Translations under genes and position numbers: made by a program
Shown: positions 37,622 through 47,275 of the stretch, piece by piece
Layout of the letters: each line of letters starts with the position of its first letter
How positions within the stretch are numbered: position 1 is the stretch's first letter
Notes under the pieces: model-generated
Database searches by the model: none
The model's input: only the letters and a program-made list of their open reading frames with translations
What the model was told of the DNA's origin: nothing
Assembly (NCBI GenBank): GCA_963767385.1
Contig: CAVYEA010000012.1
Span: 7,450-71,449 of the forward strand
Direction: 5' to 3'
Origin: an uncultured Actinomycetes bacterium
Lineage (GTDB): Bacteria; Actinomycetota; Actinomycetes; Streptosporangiales; Streptosporangiaceae
Length of the DNA: 64,000 nucleotides

Positions 37622-38593
37622 TCACCGCACGCTCGCAGCCGGTATCAGCCCGTCTCCGGCCAGCTCGGGAAACAGCCCATCCGGCACCGCCGCCGTCAGC
37701 CACCGCGCGTCCTCGGTGATCTCGGTGGCGCTGCGTGCCCCGGCGACAACGGCGGTCACGGCGGGGTGCCGCAGCACGAAGTGCAGGGCGGCGGCGCCGA
37801 TCGGCACGCCATGTCGGGCGCACACGGCGCGGATCCGCTGCGCCCGCTCCACCATGCTGCCCGGCGCGGGCGCATAGTCGTAGGTCGCGCCGGGGCGGGG
37901 GTCGGCGAGAATGCCGCTGTTGAAGATGCCGGCGGCGAGGACCGCGACACCCCGCTGCTGGCAGGCGGGCAGCAGCCCGGCCGCGGCGGAGGTGTCCAGC
38001 AGTGAGTACCGGCCCGCCACCAGCACGCAGTCCAGGTCGGCCCGCTCGACGAACCACTGCAGCAGCCCGGCCTGGTTCATGCCGACGCCGACCGCCCGGA
38101 TCACTCCCTCCGTGGGGAGCTGGTCGAGCGCGGCGTAGGCGCCGTCCAGGGCCTGTTCCGCGTGGTCGTCAGGGTCGTGGATCAGCACGATGTCGATGCG
38201 ATCGGTGCGAAGCCGGCGCAGGCTGTCCTCCAGCGCGGCGAGCACGCCGTCCCGGCTGTAGTCGCGGACCCGGGTCAGCTGCGGCGTGCCGTAGAAGCCG
38301 TCTGCGCCCTGGACGTCACCCGGCGCCGCCACCAGCCGCCTGCCGACCTTGGTGGACAGCACGAACTCCGCGCGCGGGCGCCCGGCCAGGAAGGCGCCGA
38401 TGCGCTGCTCGGACAGGCCTACGCCGTAATGCGGCGCGGTATCGAAGGCCCGGATGCCCGCCGCCCACGCCGCCTCCAGCGTGCCCGCCGCCGCCTCCCC
38501 GCTGACCGGCGCGTACAGGCCGCCGATTGGCGCCCCGCCAAAGACCATCTGCGACACGCGCAGGCCCGTTCTTCCCAACGGCACCTCGCGCAT
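37622..38593 (-). CDS. aldo-keto reductase (D-threo-aldose / L-fucose 1-dehydrogenase type)
   Basis: 323 aa; LGRTGLRVSQMVFGGAPIGGLY, FDTAPHYGVGLSE, STKVGR, IDIVLIHDPD. Confidence 0.9.
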   Translation of the reverse strand: MREVPLGRTGLRVSQMVFGGAPIGGLYAPVSGEAAAGTLEAAWAAGIRAFDTAPHYGVGLSEQRIGAFLAGRPRAEFVLSTKVGRRLVAAPGDVQGADGFYGTPQLTRVRDYSRDGVLAALEDSLRRLRTDRIDIVLIHDPDDHAEQALDGAYAALDQLPTEGVIRAVGVGMNQAGLLQWFVERADLDCVLVAGRYSLLDTSAAAGLLPACQQRGVAVLAAGIFNSGILADPRPGATYDYAPAPGSMVERAQRIRAVCARHGVPIGAAALHFVLRHPAVTAVVAGARSATEITEDARWLTAAVPDGLFPELAGDGLIPAASVR

Positions 38594-38766
38594 GTCAGGC
38601 CAGCCCCCCGGTACTCAGCCAGGCCGCGCCGGCCGGGAAGGACGGGGCGGCCAGGCACTGCGGCACCATCCGGCCCGGGTCGCCCGCCGGAACGCCGAGA
38701 CCGCTCCGACTCCCCACCGCACCTCCCCGCCCGCGCGCTGCACGCCTGTCACCCGGTCGCACCGCG

Positions 38767-39055
38767 TCACGCAGGTCTGATGTAGCCGGCCGTCAGCAGC
38801 ACGTCCGCGTAGAGGCGGTCGTCGCCGGTCGCCACGCACACGGCGAGGTCAGCCTCCCGGCAGGTGGCATAGAAGTCCAGCCGGCGCAGTGGCTGCAGCG
38901 GCAGCCGGCCGGACGTTGAGATGGATCAGGGCCGCCCCGGGATACACCTTGGTGCTGTGCGAGTAGTTGGCGTCGGCGATCAGCACCCGCGCGCCGTGCC
39001 CGGCCGCGCCCAGCGCGGCGAGCAGTGGCGGATGAATAAGCGGCGAACGCAGCAC
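38767..39055 (-). pseudogene. RbsD/FucU-family mutarotase, one frameshift
   Basis: VLRSPLIHPPLLAALGAAGHGARVLIADANYSHSTKVYPGAALIHLNVRP, then in another frame GRLPLQPLRRLDFYATCREADLAVCVATGDDRLYADVLLTAGYIRPA*; shift near 38903-38913. Confidence 0.7.
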
Positions 39056-39240
39056 ATATCTCCCGATGCCGGCCCTGACCTGTGCCCAGGCCTGGCGGGC
39101 CAGTGGGCCAAGGGACAGGCTAGGCCGGCAGCTGGCACCGGAACAAGCCTTTGGCATCTAATCGTCCGATGTTTGGGTGGCACTGGGGACGGCGCCAGCT
39201 TCCGGCAGCGGCCGCGTGGACAGCGGTCCTGCGCTGGCTG

Positions 39241-39840
39241 CTACCCGGCCAGCAGTGCCTGAGCGCCGGTGTAGGCCGCCATTACGAAGCCCTCGTGCGC
39301 GGGCAGGTGCACCTCACCGAACTTGCCCACCGCCAGCAGGGCATCGGATATCAGGAAGAGCGCACCGCCGAGGGCCGTCTTCGGCGATCGGGAGTCCAGC
39401 GCGGCCAGGGACATCGCGAGCAGCGCGGTGCTGTAGACGATGACTGGGACGCGGTCCTTTCCGGTGCGCTGCCAGAGGTAGGCGTTCAACGCGGCGTACG
39501 CCGCCAGGTAGGGTGCCGCCAGGGCCGGCCCGGCGCGCAGGCGCCCGCGGCCGGGGCGCTGGCCCAGGGCGATGATCCAGGCAATGTGGCCGGCGAGGAA
39601 ACTCACCAGCCCCGCCGTGAATGCGGCGTCACTGCTGCCGAGCAAGGCCACGTCGCCTGCACCGCCGAGAGCGAGGGCCCGTTGCGTCTGGCGGTCGCGG
39701 CCGGCCATCAGCGCAGGCATCAGCAGGGGCTTGGTCAGCCAGCGCTGCCGGTCATGCCCCGTCGCAGCGAGAAGCACGTCAGCAGCCGCGATAGCCGCGA
39801 AAACGACGGTTGCACGACGGGCCACAGGCACCTTCCCCAC
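39241..39840 (-). CDS. YhhN-family (lysoplasmalogenase-like) membrane protein
   Basis: 199 aa, GTG start; multi-TM; KPLLMPALM, LGGAGDVALL, FLISDALLA motifs. Confidence 0.75.
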   Translation of the reverse strand: MGKVPVARRATVVFAAIAAADVLLAATGHDRQRWLTKPLLMPALMAGRDRQTQRALALGGAGDVALLGSSDAAFTAGLVSFLAGHIAWIIALGQRPGRGRLRAGPALAAPYLAAYAALNAYLWQRTGKDRVPVIVYSTALLAMSLAALDSRSPKTALGGALFLISDALLAVGKFGEVHLPAHEGFVMAAYTGAQALLAG

Positions 39841-40013
39841 TGCCCCACAAGCTTACGCGCCCGCACACCGCCCTCCCTGGCGCGAACTCATTGGCCGCTT
39901 CCGGAGCATTCGCACCTGCTATCGCTCTGGTGCCGGGCGGCCCGGCGCTCTATGCCGATCGCCGGGCCGTTGGTCCCTGTCGCCGCAGGCCGGGGCGCCC
40001 GTACGGTGCGTTC

Positions 40014-40817
40014 ATGGTGGTGAGTGGCCGCAGGGACCTGGCGGACGGGCGGGCCGTCTGGCTGCGCGAGGCCGGGCCAGCAGACGTCCCCGCCATCGCG
40101 CGGCTGTTCACCGAGCTGTCGGGGGACGCCTTCCGCAGCCGGTTCCTGGCCGGCCAGCCTGCACCCGGCCTGGTGTCCAGGCTGGCCCGCATTGACGTGC
40201 CGGGGACGGTGTGCATCATCGCCGCCACGGCCGCCGGGCCAGCGGCCGGGCCGGGGCGGCTGGCCGCGGAAGCCCGGTACGTGCCCATCGGGGACGGGGC
40301 GGCTGAGCTGGCGCTGACCGTCCTGGACAGCTACCAGGGCGCTGGGCTGGGCCGCCTCCTGCTGAGCGCACTCGCGGAACGCGCGGCCGCGTCCGGGATC
40401 GGGCGGCTGCGCGCGGTCCTCAACCTCAGCAACTCCCGGATGCTGCACCTGCTGGCACCCTACGGGTGGGCGCTGACCGAGCCCGTGGAGGGCTACTCCG
40501 TGGCCTGCCTGGAGATCTCCACGGCGGGCGGGATGCCCGGCTGGCCGGCGGCCGCCACGGGCCGGCGGGTCCTGGTGGAACAGCAGGGATGGTTCGACAC
40601 CGCACCGCTGGCCGGCCTGCGGACCGCCGGGAACGACATCCGCCACTGCCAGGGCCCGGCACGGCGCACGGGACGCACCTGCCCGCTGCTCACCTCCGGC
40701 CATTGCCGCCTCGCGGAAGAAGCAGACCTCATCCTCTCCATGCTCCCCCGCGACGACGAGGACTGCGCCGCCATCCTGCACGCCCACCAGCGGCGCTGGC
40801 CCGGACGGCTGGCGTAA
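40014..40817 (+). CDS. GNAT-family N-acetyltransferase with ~90-aa Cys/His-containing C-terminal extension
   Basis: ORF 39810.., ATG 40014; acetyl-CoA motif YQGAGLGRLLLSALAERAAASG; extension HCQGP..TCPLLTSGHC..DC. Confidence 0.75.
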   Translation: MVVSGRRDLADGRAVWLREAGPADVPAIARLFTELSGDAFRSRFLAGQPAPGLVSRLARIDVPGTVCIIAATAAGPAAGPGRLAAEARYVPIGDGAAELALTVLDSYQGAGLGRLLLSALAERAAASGIGRLRAVLNLSNSRMLHLLAPYGWALTEPVEGYSVACLEISTAGGMPGWPAAATGRRVLVEQQGWFDTAPLAGLRTAGNDIRHCQGPARRTGRTCPLLTSGHCRLAEEADLILSMLPRDDEDCAAILHAHQRRWPGRLA

Positions 40818-41018
40818 GGCGAATCCCGGTCCGCAGCCGCTCTCCGGGCCACGAAACCCGCCGCAAGGTGCGCGCCTATGGCCATGGCGGCCGGGTCGTC
40901 GCTGCCCGCGGGCAGGGATGGAGTCCGCTGCCTGCTGGCCCGGGACCCCGGGCTGGCCCGGCTGGGCTCGTGGTGGGCCAGGTGGACAGGAGCCAACCTC
41001 AGGCCTGAGGATCACCGC

Positions 41019-41615
41019 ATGTGGCGAGAGGCCATCACCGGGAACCTGGCCGGCTTCCCGCGCGTCGCGGCCAGCCCGGCCGGGCTCAAGCCGGCCGCGG
41101 TGGCCGTGTGCGTCGTGGTCCAGCACGGCGCACCCGCCCTGCTGATCACGCGGCGCGCCGCCACCCTGCGCAGCCACGCCGGGCAGTGGGCCCTGCCGGG
41201 CGGGCGGCGGGATCCGGGCGAGTCGCCCGAAGACGCGGCGCGCCGGGAACTGCGCGAGGAGACAGGGGTGGCGGCCGGGGCCGGGGACGTCCTCGGGCTG
41301 CTCGATGACTACGTCACACGGTCGGGCTACCTGATCACTCCCGTGGTGGTGTGGGGCGGCCCGGCCGAGCCCGGGATGCGCGGCCCGCAATCGGAGGTGG
41401 CCGGGATCCATGTGATCCCGGTGGCCGACTTCGACGTCCCGCCCCGGCTGGTGCGCATCCCGGAGTCCACCGCGCCGGTCATCCAGCTGCCGCTGCTCGG
41501 CGGGTACCTGCACGCGCCCACAGCAGCGATCATCTACCAGTTCTGCCAGGCCGCCCTGCACGCCACCACGACCAGGGTGGCCCACTTCGAGCAGCCGGTA
41601 TTCGCCTGGAAATAA
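41019..41615 (+). CDS. NUDIX hydrolase (CoA pyrophosphatase-like)
   Basis: ORF 40878.., ATG 41019; Nudix box GGRRDPGESPEDAARRELREETG. Confidence 0.8.
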   Translation: MWREAITGNLAGFPRVAASPAGLKPAAVAVCVVVQHGAPALLITRRAATLRSHAGQWALPGGRRDPGESPEDAARRELREETGVAAGAGDVLGLLDDYVTRSGYLITPVVVWGGPAEPGMRGPQSEVAGIHVIPVADFDVPPRLVRIPESTAPVIQLPLLGGYLHAPTAAIIYQFCQAALHATTTRVAHFEQPVFAWK

Positions 41616-41771
41616 CCGGCAAGCCCGCCCCGGCCGACCACTGGCCGATCCCCGGGACAGGCGGCACGGCCCGCGACGATCTCCCGGGCACCCGCCAGGG
41701 ATCAGCTCACACAACACTCCCCGCGGCCCCTTGACCCTGACACGGTGTGAGGGCACACCCTGGGACTTGTC

Positions 41772-42356
41772 ATGTTCAGCATCGGAGACTTCGCAAAGCT
41801 CGGCCGGGTGTCACCCCGGATGCTCCGGCACTACGACGCGATCGGGCTGCTCCGGCCTGTCGCTGTCGACCCAGCCACTGGCTACCGGTTCTACCGCGCT
41901 GATCAGCTCAGCCGGGCTCAACGGGATCCTCGTCCTGAAAGACCTCGGCATCACCCTGGAGCAGCTGCGGACGATCCTCGATGACCAGGTGAACATGGCT
42001 CAGCTAGAGGGGATGCTGCGGCTGCGGCAGGCACAGCTGCGAGCCCAGATCGAAGCGGACACGGACCGCCTGGCCAGCGTCGGGGCGAAGCTTCGGATGA
42101 TCGGCGGGGACTGGCCAATGGTTACGACTTCGCGATCGCCGACCTGCCCCCCGTGGGGTGCGCCGCGGCCATCGTGCACCGCGGCCCGATGGACGACGTG
42201 ACCCCCAGCCTGGGGACCATGGCAAGCTGGATCGAAGACCATGAGTACCGCCTCACCGGCTACCACCGGGAGATCTACCTCGACTACCACCCCGCCGAAG
42301 CCGATCAGGGCGTCACCGAGCTCCAGCTCCCCATCGCCACGGGCAGTGCCGGATAA
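41772..42356 (+). pseudogene. MerR-family regulator with GyrI-like effector domain; two frameshifts and an internal deletion
   Basis: MFSIGDFAKLGRVSPRMLRHYDAIGLLRPVAVDPATGYRFYRADQLSR | LNGILVLKDLGITLEQLRTILDD..RLASVGAKLRMI | ..DFAIADLPPVGCAAAIVHRGPMDDV..YHREIYLDY..VTELQLPI in three frames; first half of the GyrI-like domain missing. Confidence 0.75.
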
Positions 42357-42490
42357 GACGCAAGGCTCACCAAGCACGCGGGACAATCTGTCGGGCGTTT
42401 GGCATTGGGGCCAGGTTCCCGGGAGAGATCCGGGCCGGGGAGGTCAGGCGGCGTGGATCGGGAACCAGGCGGAGCCGAGGTCGCGGTCGC

Positions 42491-43163
42491 TCACGTCGGC
42501 AGTTCGTCGCCAGCCTGCTCGCGCACCATGTACTCGGCGTACCAGTCGGGCCAGTTCGGGTCTGCCTCGCCCGTGCGCTTCTCGTGCTCGCCGTGGGCGG
42601 CCGACGCACGGCGGAGCGCGGCCGCCAGATCGCTCGCCGACGCGAAGGACGTCGTCAGCCGGGTCGATACGGCCGGGCAGCCGCGTCGTGACCTCCTGCA
42701 CCAGCCAGCCGTTGCCGTCCGGATCGCTGAATGAGGCGAACGAGCCGTAGCTGCTGCGATCGGGCGAGGGCCCGGCTACCCGGCCGGCGTCGTGGAATCG
42801 AGCGCCTCGCGTCCCCTCATGGAACACCTCGCTCACTTTCACGCCGCGCGCCACCAGCTTGTCCCGCGCAGCCTCGATGTCGGAGACGACCAGGTACAGG
42901 CCCTGGGCCGAACCGGGCGCGGCCGACGTGAGGTTCGTGCCAAATTGGACCGAGCACCCGGAGCCCGGCGGGGTGAACTGGATCAGGCGGAAGTCGTCAC
43001 CGGCGGCGACGTCGGCGTCGAGCCTCCAGCCGAGGCTTCCGTAGAACTCCTTCGCGCGGTCGACATCCGAGACGGGGATGACGAGCACCTCCAGCTTCAT
43101 GTCGACGTTCCCGGCGCTCGCGAACTCGCCGGTTACGTTGCCGTGGACTTCCGTCGTGCTCAT
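42491..43163 (-). pseudogene. VOC/glyoxalase-family protein, one frameshift near the 3' end
   Basis: ORF 42444..43163 is good up to ..TTRLPGRIDPA; the frame giving FASASDLAAALRRASAAHGEHEKRTGEADPNWPDWYAEYMVREQAGDELPT* (stop 42491-42493) is the plausible C-terminus; shift near 42645-42660. Confidence 0.75.
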
Positions 43164-43690
43164 TGCGGCCTCCCTGCGTGGCGTTACAGGAGTGAGCCTC
43201 GCACGTCAACCGCTGATTCGCACCAGGGGATCCACCGGCCGATCCACTGACCAGCCACCTCGATGCGCGGAGACAGATCAACCTGTTCGGCCCGGTTCCG
43301 GCGGCCCCGGCAGAGCGGACTTGCGCGCCCCAGCGGATTTGATGGTCATCGAGGCGCCTGGCCCTGAGGCGCTGAAAACCAGCCGCTTACCGGCGGTCTG
43401 GATCGGCTCCCCCCCGGCACACCAGGACTGTCCCGCCATGCTCCCCCGGGTGGCCAGAATCAGCCAGCCGCATGCCCGCCAGCCGGGCGTGGATCCGGGC
43501 CAGGCCATCGTGACCGATCACGACCGACTCAGCCGCAGCATGCAGAGAGCAGCGGATGAACTCGCCGAGCTCACGGTCTCGCTGCGTCACGGCCTCCGCC
43601 TCGGACCTCGCTCCGGTGCCTTGATGGCCAGTGCCTTCCCGCGTTTGAACCCACCACACCGCAACGGGGGTTAAGACCCGGTTAGACGCA

Positions 43691-43700
43691 CCTCAAGAGC
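43691..43700. repeat. left target-site duplication of the IS4-family element (CCTCAAGAGC)
   Basis: Identical 10-mer directly abuts both inverted repeats. Confidence 0.85.
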
Positions 43701-45235
43701 CAATGCCGCTAAGTTAACGATCTTGTGCAGGTCAGGCTGGGGTGCCGGGGCCGATGGGCGGGGGGCCGGTATGTTGCGGCCGTGGCTGGAGCGCAGGAGC
43801 CGCTGGGCGGCCGTCTGACTGATCACATCGCGCTGGGCGTGCTGTCGGCGGCGTTTCCCCGGGATCTGATCGAGGAGGTCCTCGACGTGACTGGGAAGCG
43901 GGAGAAACGGTCCCGGCTGCTGCCCGCTCACGTGATGGTCCGGTATGTGACCGGCCTGGGGCTGTTCTTCGGGCAGGCGTATGAGGAGGTCATGCGGCAG
44001 TTGACCGGCACGCTGCAGAGCCTGGGCTCCTGGGATCAGGACTGGAAGGTGCCGTCCACCTCGGCGATTACCCAGGCCCGGCAGCGGCTGGGAGCGGGTC
44101 CGCTCAGGGAGCTGTTCCACCGGGCGGCGGTGCCGGTCGCGGGCCTGGGCACCACGGGCGCGTGGCTGCGCGGGCGGAGGCTGATGGCTATCGACGGGAC
44201 CAGCTTTGACGTGCCCGACACCAGCGCGAACATGGCCGCGTTCGGCAAGCTGGGCAGCGGCCCCAAACAGTCAGCATTCCCGAAACTGCAGGTCGTGTCC
44301 CTGTCGGAGTGCGGCACGCATGCCCAGGTCGCCGCCGCGATGGGATCGTGCCGCGCCGGTGAGCGCGAGCTGGCCGCCCGGCTTGCCGGCCCGGTGGATG
44401 CGGACATGCTGATCACCGCGGACTCAGGGTTTTACTCCTGGCAGCTATGGGACCTTTACGCCGCGACCGGGGCGGCGCTGTGCTGGCGGGTGGGCGCGGC
44501 CGTGGCATTGCCGCTGGTCCGCCGCCTGGCGGACGGCTCCTACCTTGCGCTGATCTTCGCGCCGGGCGTCACCGCCACGCGCAAGGCCGCCCTGCTGGCC
44601 GCCGCGCGCGCCGGGGAGCAGATCGATGAGGACCGGGCCCGCATCGTGCGGGCGGCGGAATACACCGTCCCGGATCGCGGCGGCGAGGATGGCGAGCTGA
44701 TCTGCGTGATCACTACCGTCCTGGACCCGGCCGGGCTGACGGCGGCCGAGATGGCGTTCGCTTACCACCAGCGGTGGGAGCACGAGTCCGGGCTGGACGA
44801 GATCAAGACCCACCTGCGCGCGGCCGGCGGAATCCTCCGCTCCCAGTCCCCTGACCTGGTCGAGCAGGAGATGTGGGGGATCTTGCTGGCTCATTACGCG
44901 ATCCGGGAACTGATGTGCCGGGCCGCCGATGAGGCCGGGCACGACCCCGACCGGGTCAGCTTCATCCGCGCTGTCCGCATCGTCCGCCGCCAGATCGACG
45001 ATCCGGCGGCCTTTCCCCCCTGACCACCTGCCCGCCATCACCGCAGCGGCCTTCGCCGAAATGCTGGAGCGGCTCAACCCGCAGCGCCGGATGCGCACCT
45101 GCCCCCGCGTCACCAAACGCGCACGCCACAACTCCTACCGGGTCAAACGCCCCGGCGACGTGAGCGTCACCCACACCAGCCCGCCAACGATCAAACTCGA
45201 AGGCCTCCCGGCAGCGGCTTAACTTAGCGGCATTG
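43701..45235 (+). mobile_element. IS4-family insertion sequence (1535 bp)
   Basis: Perfect 17-bp terminal inverted repeats CAATGCCGCTAAGTTAA (43701-43717) / TTAACTTAGCGGCATTG (45219-45235), 10-bp direct target duplication, single transposase gene. Confidence 0.9.
43725..45222 (+). pseudogene. IS4-family DDE transposase, one frameshift in a C6 run (45015-45020)
   Basis: ORF 43725..45023 (LTDHIALGVL.., MAIDGTSFDVPDT, ITADSGFYS, YHQRWEHESGLDEIKTHL); C-terminus (DHLPAITAAAFAEMLERLNPQRRMRTCPRVTKRARHNSYRVKR..) continues in ORF ..45222. Confidence 0.85.
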
Positions 45236-45245
45236 CCTCAAGAGC
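45236..45245. repeat. right target-site duplication of the IS4-family element (CCTCAAGAGC)
   Basis: See left copy. Confidence 0.85.
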
Positions 45246-45290
45246 CTCCTGTGCCGGAGTGCGGATCACCTGGCGCCTACAATCGCGCGC

Positions 45291-45596
45291 ATGGTCCGCT
45301 TCCTCGTGCTCTACGACAGCCCTCGCGACCCCGAAGCCTTCGAGCGCCACTACCGTGATGTCCATATCCCGCTGGCCAAGAAGCTCCCGGGTCTTCGCCG
45401 CTACACGATCAGCCGCAACGTGGTCCCGGTCCGGGGCGGCGAGGCGTACTACCTCGTTGCGGAGCTGGACTGGGATGACATGGCCGCTATGCGGCAGGCG
45501 TTTCAGTCACCCGAGGGCCAGGCCACCGCAGAGGATGTGCCGAAGCTGGCCGGTGACGGAGTGCACAGCATGGTTTTCGAGCTGGAAGACGTCTAG
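45291..45596 (+). CDS. EthD-family protein
   Basis: 101 aa; MVRFLVLYDSPRDPEAFERHYRDVHIPLAKKLPGLRRYT. Confidence 0.85.
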   Translation: MVRFLVLYDSPRDPEAFERHYRDVHIPLAKKLPGLRRYTISRNVVPVRGGEAYYLVAELDWDDMAAMRQAFQSPEGQATAEDVPKLAGDGVHSMVFELEDV

Positions 45597-45676
45597 GCAC
45601 TCACGCGGCGGCGGAAACACGCCGGTCCGCGCCGGCTGCCGGGCTACTGCTTCCGGTGACCAGGCAGACTGGGGAT

Positions 45677-46168
45677 ATGGAGACTCTGGAAACACTTGAC
45701 CTGGGCTCATCGCCTGTCATTCTCCGCAGGGCCCAGGCCAGTGATCTTCCCGCGGTCGTTGACCTGATCGCCGCCGACCAGCTTGGCGCCACCCGAGACG
45801 GTGTGCAGACAGCCGGGGACCTGGCCGCCTACCAGGCCGCCTTTGCGGCCATCGACCGCGATCCGGCGCACCTGCTGATAGTCGCGCAATCGGGCCCTGA
45901 CCTCGTGGGCACGATGCAGCTCTCCTTCCTCCCCGGCCTGGCGCGCCGTGGCGCCCTGCGAGCCCAGATCGAGGCCGTGCGGGTCCAGGAGGCTTACCGC
46001 AACCGTGGCCTCGGCGCCGCCATGATCACCTGGGCGATCAGCGAATCCCGGCGACGGCAGTGCGCCCTGGTGCAGCTGACTACCGACAAGTCCCGCACCA
46101 CCGCGCACCGCTTTTACGAACGACTGGGGTTTGCCGCCTCACACGAAGGGATGAAACTCGCACTCTGA
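45677..46168 (+). CDS. GNAT-family N-acetyltransferase
   Basis: ORF 45656.., ATG 45677; RNRGLGAAMITWAI, AHRFYERLGF. Confidence 0.85.
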   Translation: METLETLDLGSSPVILRRAQASDLPAVVDLIAADQLGATRDGVQTAGDLAAYQAAFAAIDRDPAHLLIVAQSGPDLVGTMQLSFLPGLARRGALRAQIEAVRVQEAYRNRGLGAAMITWAISESRRRQCALVQLTTDKSRTTAHRFYERLGFAASHEGMKLAL

Positions 46169-46210
46169 GTTACCGGTGCTTATGTGGGCGAAGCCCGGCG
46201 ACTGCCGGAC

Positions 46211-46768
46211 CTACCGGGAACCAGCCTCCCATTCCCGTCGGGTAATTCTGTACATGACCCACTCGCGGCCGAAGTCGGCCACGGACCCGGCCGGCATCCA
46301 GCCGACTCGCTCGAAGACCGATCGCATCGCCGCGTTGACTGGATCGGTGGCGGCCTCGACAGCCTCAGCCGATGCCTGCTCGAACAGCCAGTCCGTGAGC
46401 AGCGCGAGCGCTTCGCGCCCGTAGCCCTTGCCCCGGGCGTTTTCCTGCAGGCTGATCCCGACCTCAAATGTTCCTGGCGGCAGCGGGCGCCCAGGCGGCA
46501 CGTATGTCTGGATGCGCCCGACCGGGACGCCGCCTGAATCGATGGCCAGGTCGAGCCGGCCTGCGTCCAGATGCCCCGACCGCTCCAGCCGGGCCCTGAA
46601 GCGAGCCTCGTCGGGAAGCTCGGGGGTGGCCATGGGATCGGCGGTCACCCTGATCCGCCATTCCTCATCGATCTCATCCGGCCGGAAAGCCCGGAGCAGG
46701 AGCCGCGGTCCGCAGATCCGGACTTCCCCATCATCGGCCGCCGCGTCCCGCTCGCCCTGGGTTTTCAC
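46211..46768 (-). CDS. GNAT-family N-acetyltransferase (RimJ/RimL-like)
   Basis: 185 aa; RLLLRAFRPDE.., ARGKGYGREALALLTDWLF, NAAMRSVFERVGW. Confidence 0.85.
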   Translation of the reverse strand: MKTQGERDAAADDGEVRICGPRLLLRAFRPDEIDEEWRIRVTADPMATPELPDEARFRARLERSGHLDAGRLDLAIDSGGVPVGRIQTYVPPGRPLPPGTFEVGISLQENARGKGYGREALALLTDWLFEQASAEAVEAATDPVNAAMRSVFERVGWMPAGSVADFGREWVMYRITRREWEAGSR

Positions 46769-47011
46769 CCGCCAAAGGTAACCCGGCCCGGATCCATATA
46801 CACCAGGCCTGCCAGCGAACTCGCCAGCGGGGCCGCACCGCGTCTGCCGCGATGTGAGCCGGCGCCGCCCCCGGGGAACGTGGGCCCCGGAGGCGGGCGG
46901 CAGGCGGTCCCGGACTGCGCGTGCGCGCTCGATGGCACGTGCGGACCGGACCGCCGGCCAGCCAGGCCAGTGGTGATGAGGGACGTCAGCCCGCTGCGCT
47001 GAAAGGAGAAA

Positions 47012-47275
47012 CTATTCCTCGACGAGGATTACCAGGGTTTCGGGCAGCACGCCGTCGTACGCCATCGCCTCGGCCATCTTCTCCGTCTGCATCGCCGCCA
47101 TGACGGCATCCATATCGGCCACGTCCATGAGCACCGCAACCTGGGACGGATTCTGCGGGTCGACGAACGTGCGGATGTTGGTCACCCCGAGTGGCCCGAA
47201 TACCTCTTCGCGCTTCGGCGAGGAAAGCCAGTGATTCTTGTCCTTCACATTGTGATGAGCGATTACGGTAGGCAT
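47012..47275 (-). CDS. small hypothetical protein (87 aa)
   Basis: ATG start, balanced composition (MPTVIAHHNVKDKNHWLSSPKREEVFGPLGVTNIRTFVDP..); family not recognised. Confidence 0.55.
   Translation of the reverse strand: MPTVIAHHNVKDKNHWLSSPKREEVFGPLGVTNIRTFVDPQNPSQVAVLMDVADMDAVMAAMQTEKMAEAMAYDGVLPETLVILVEE

Noticed and set aside
39888-41756. 622-aa minus-strand ORF spanning the GNAT and NUDIX genes
   Set aside because: It is an Arg/Gly/Pro-rich shadow frame with no motifs. The plus-strand genes have an acetyl-CoA motif and a Nudix box.
43164-43690. Region left of the IS4 insertion, with 76-198-aa ORFs in several frames
   Set aside because: No frame gives a recognisable family. It may be a degraded gene, but the evidence is insufficient.
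45015-45020. Programmed ribosomal frameshift in the IS4 transposase (and similarly in the IS1380 copy)
   Set aside because: IS4 and IS1380 families normally encode a single uninterrupted transposase. There is no A-rich slippery heptamer or downstream structure. A C-run indel is the simpler explanation.
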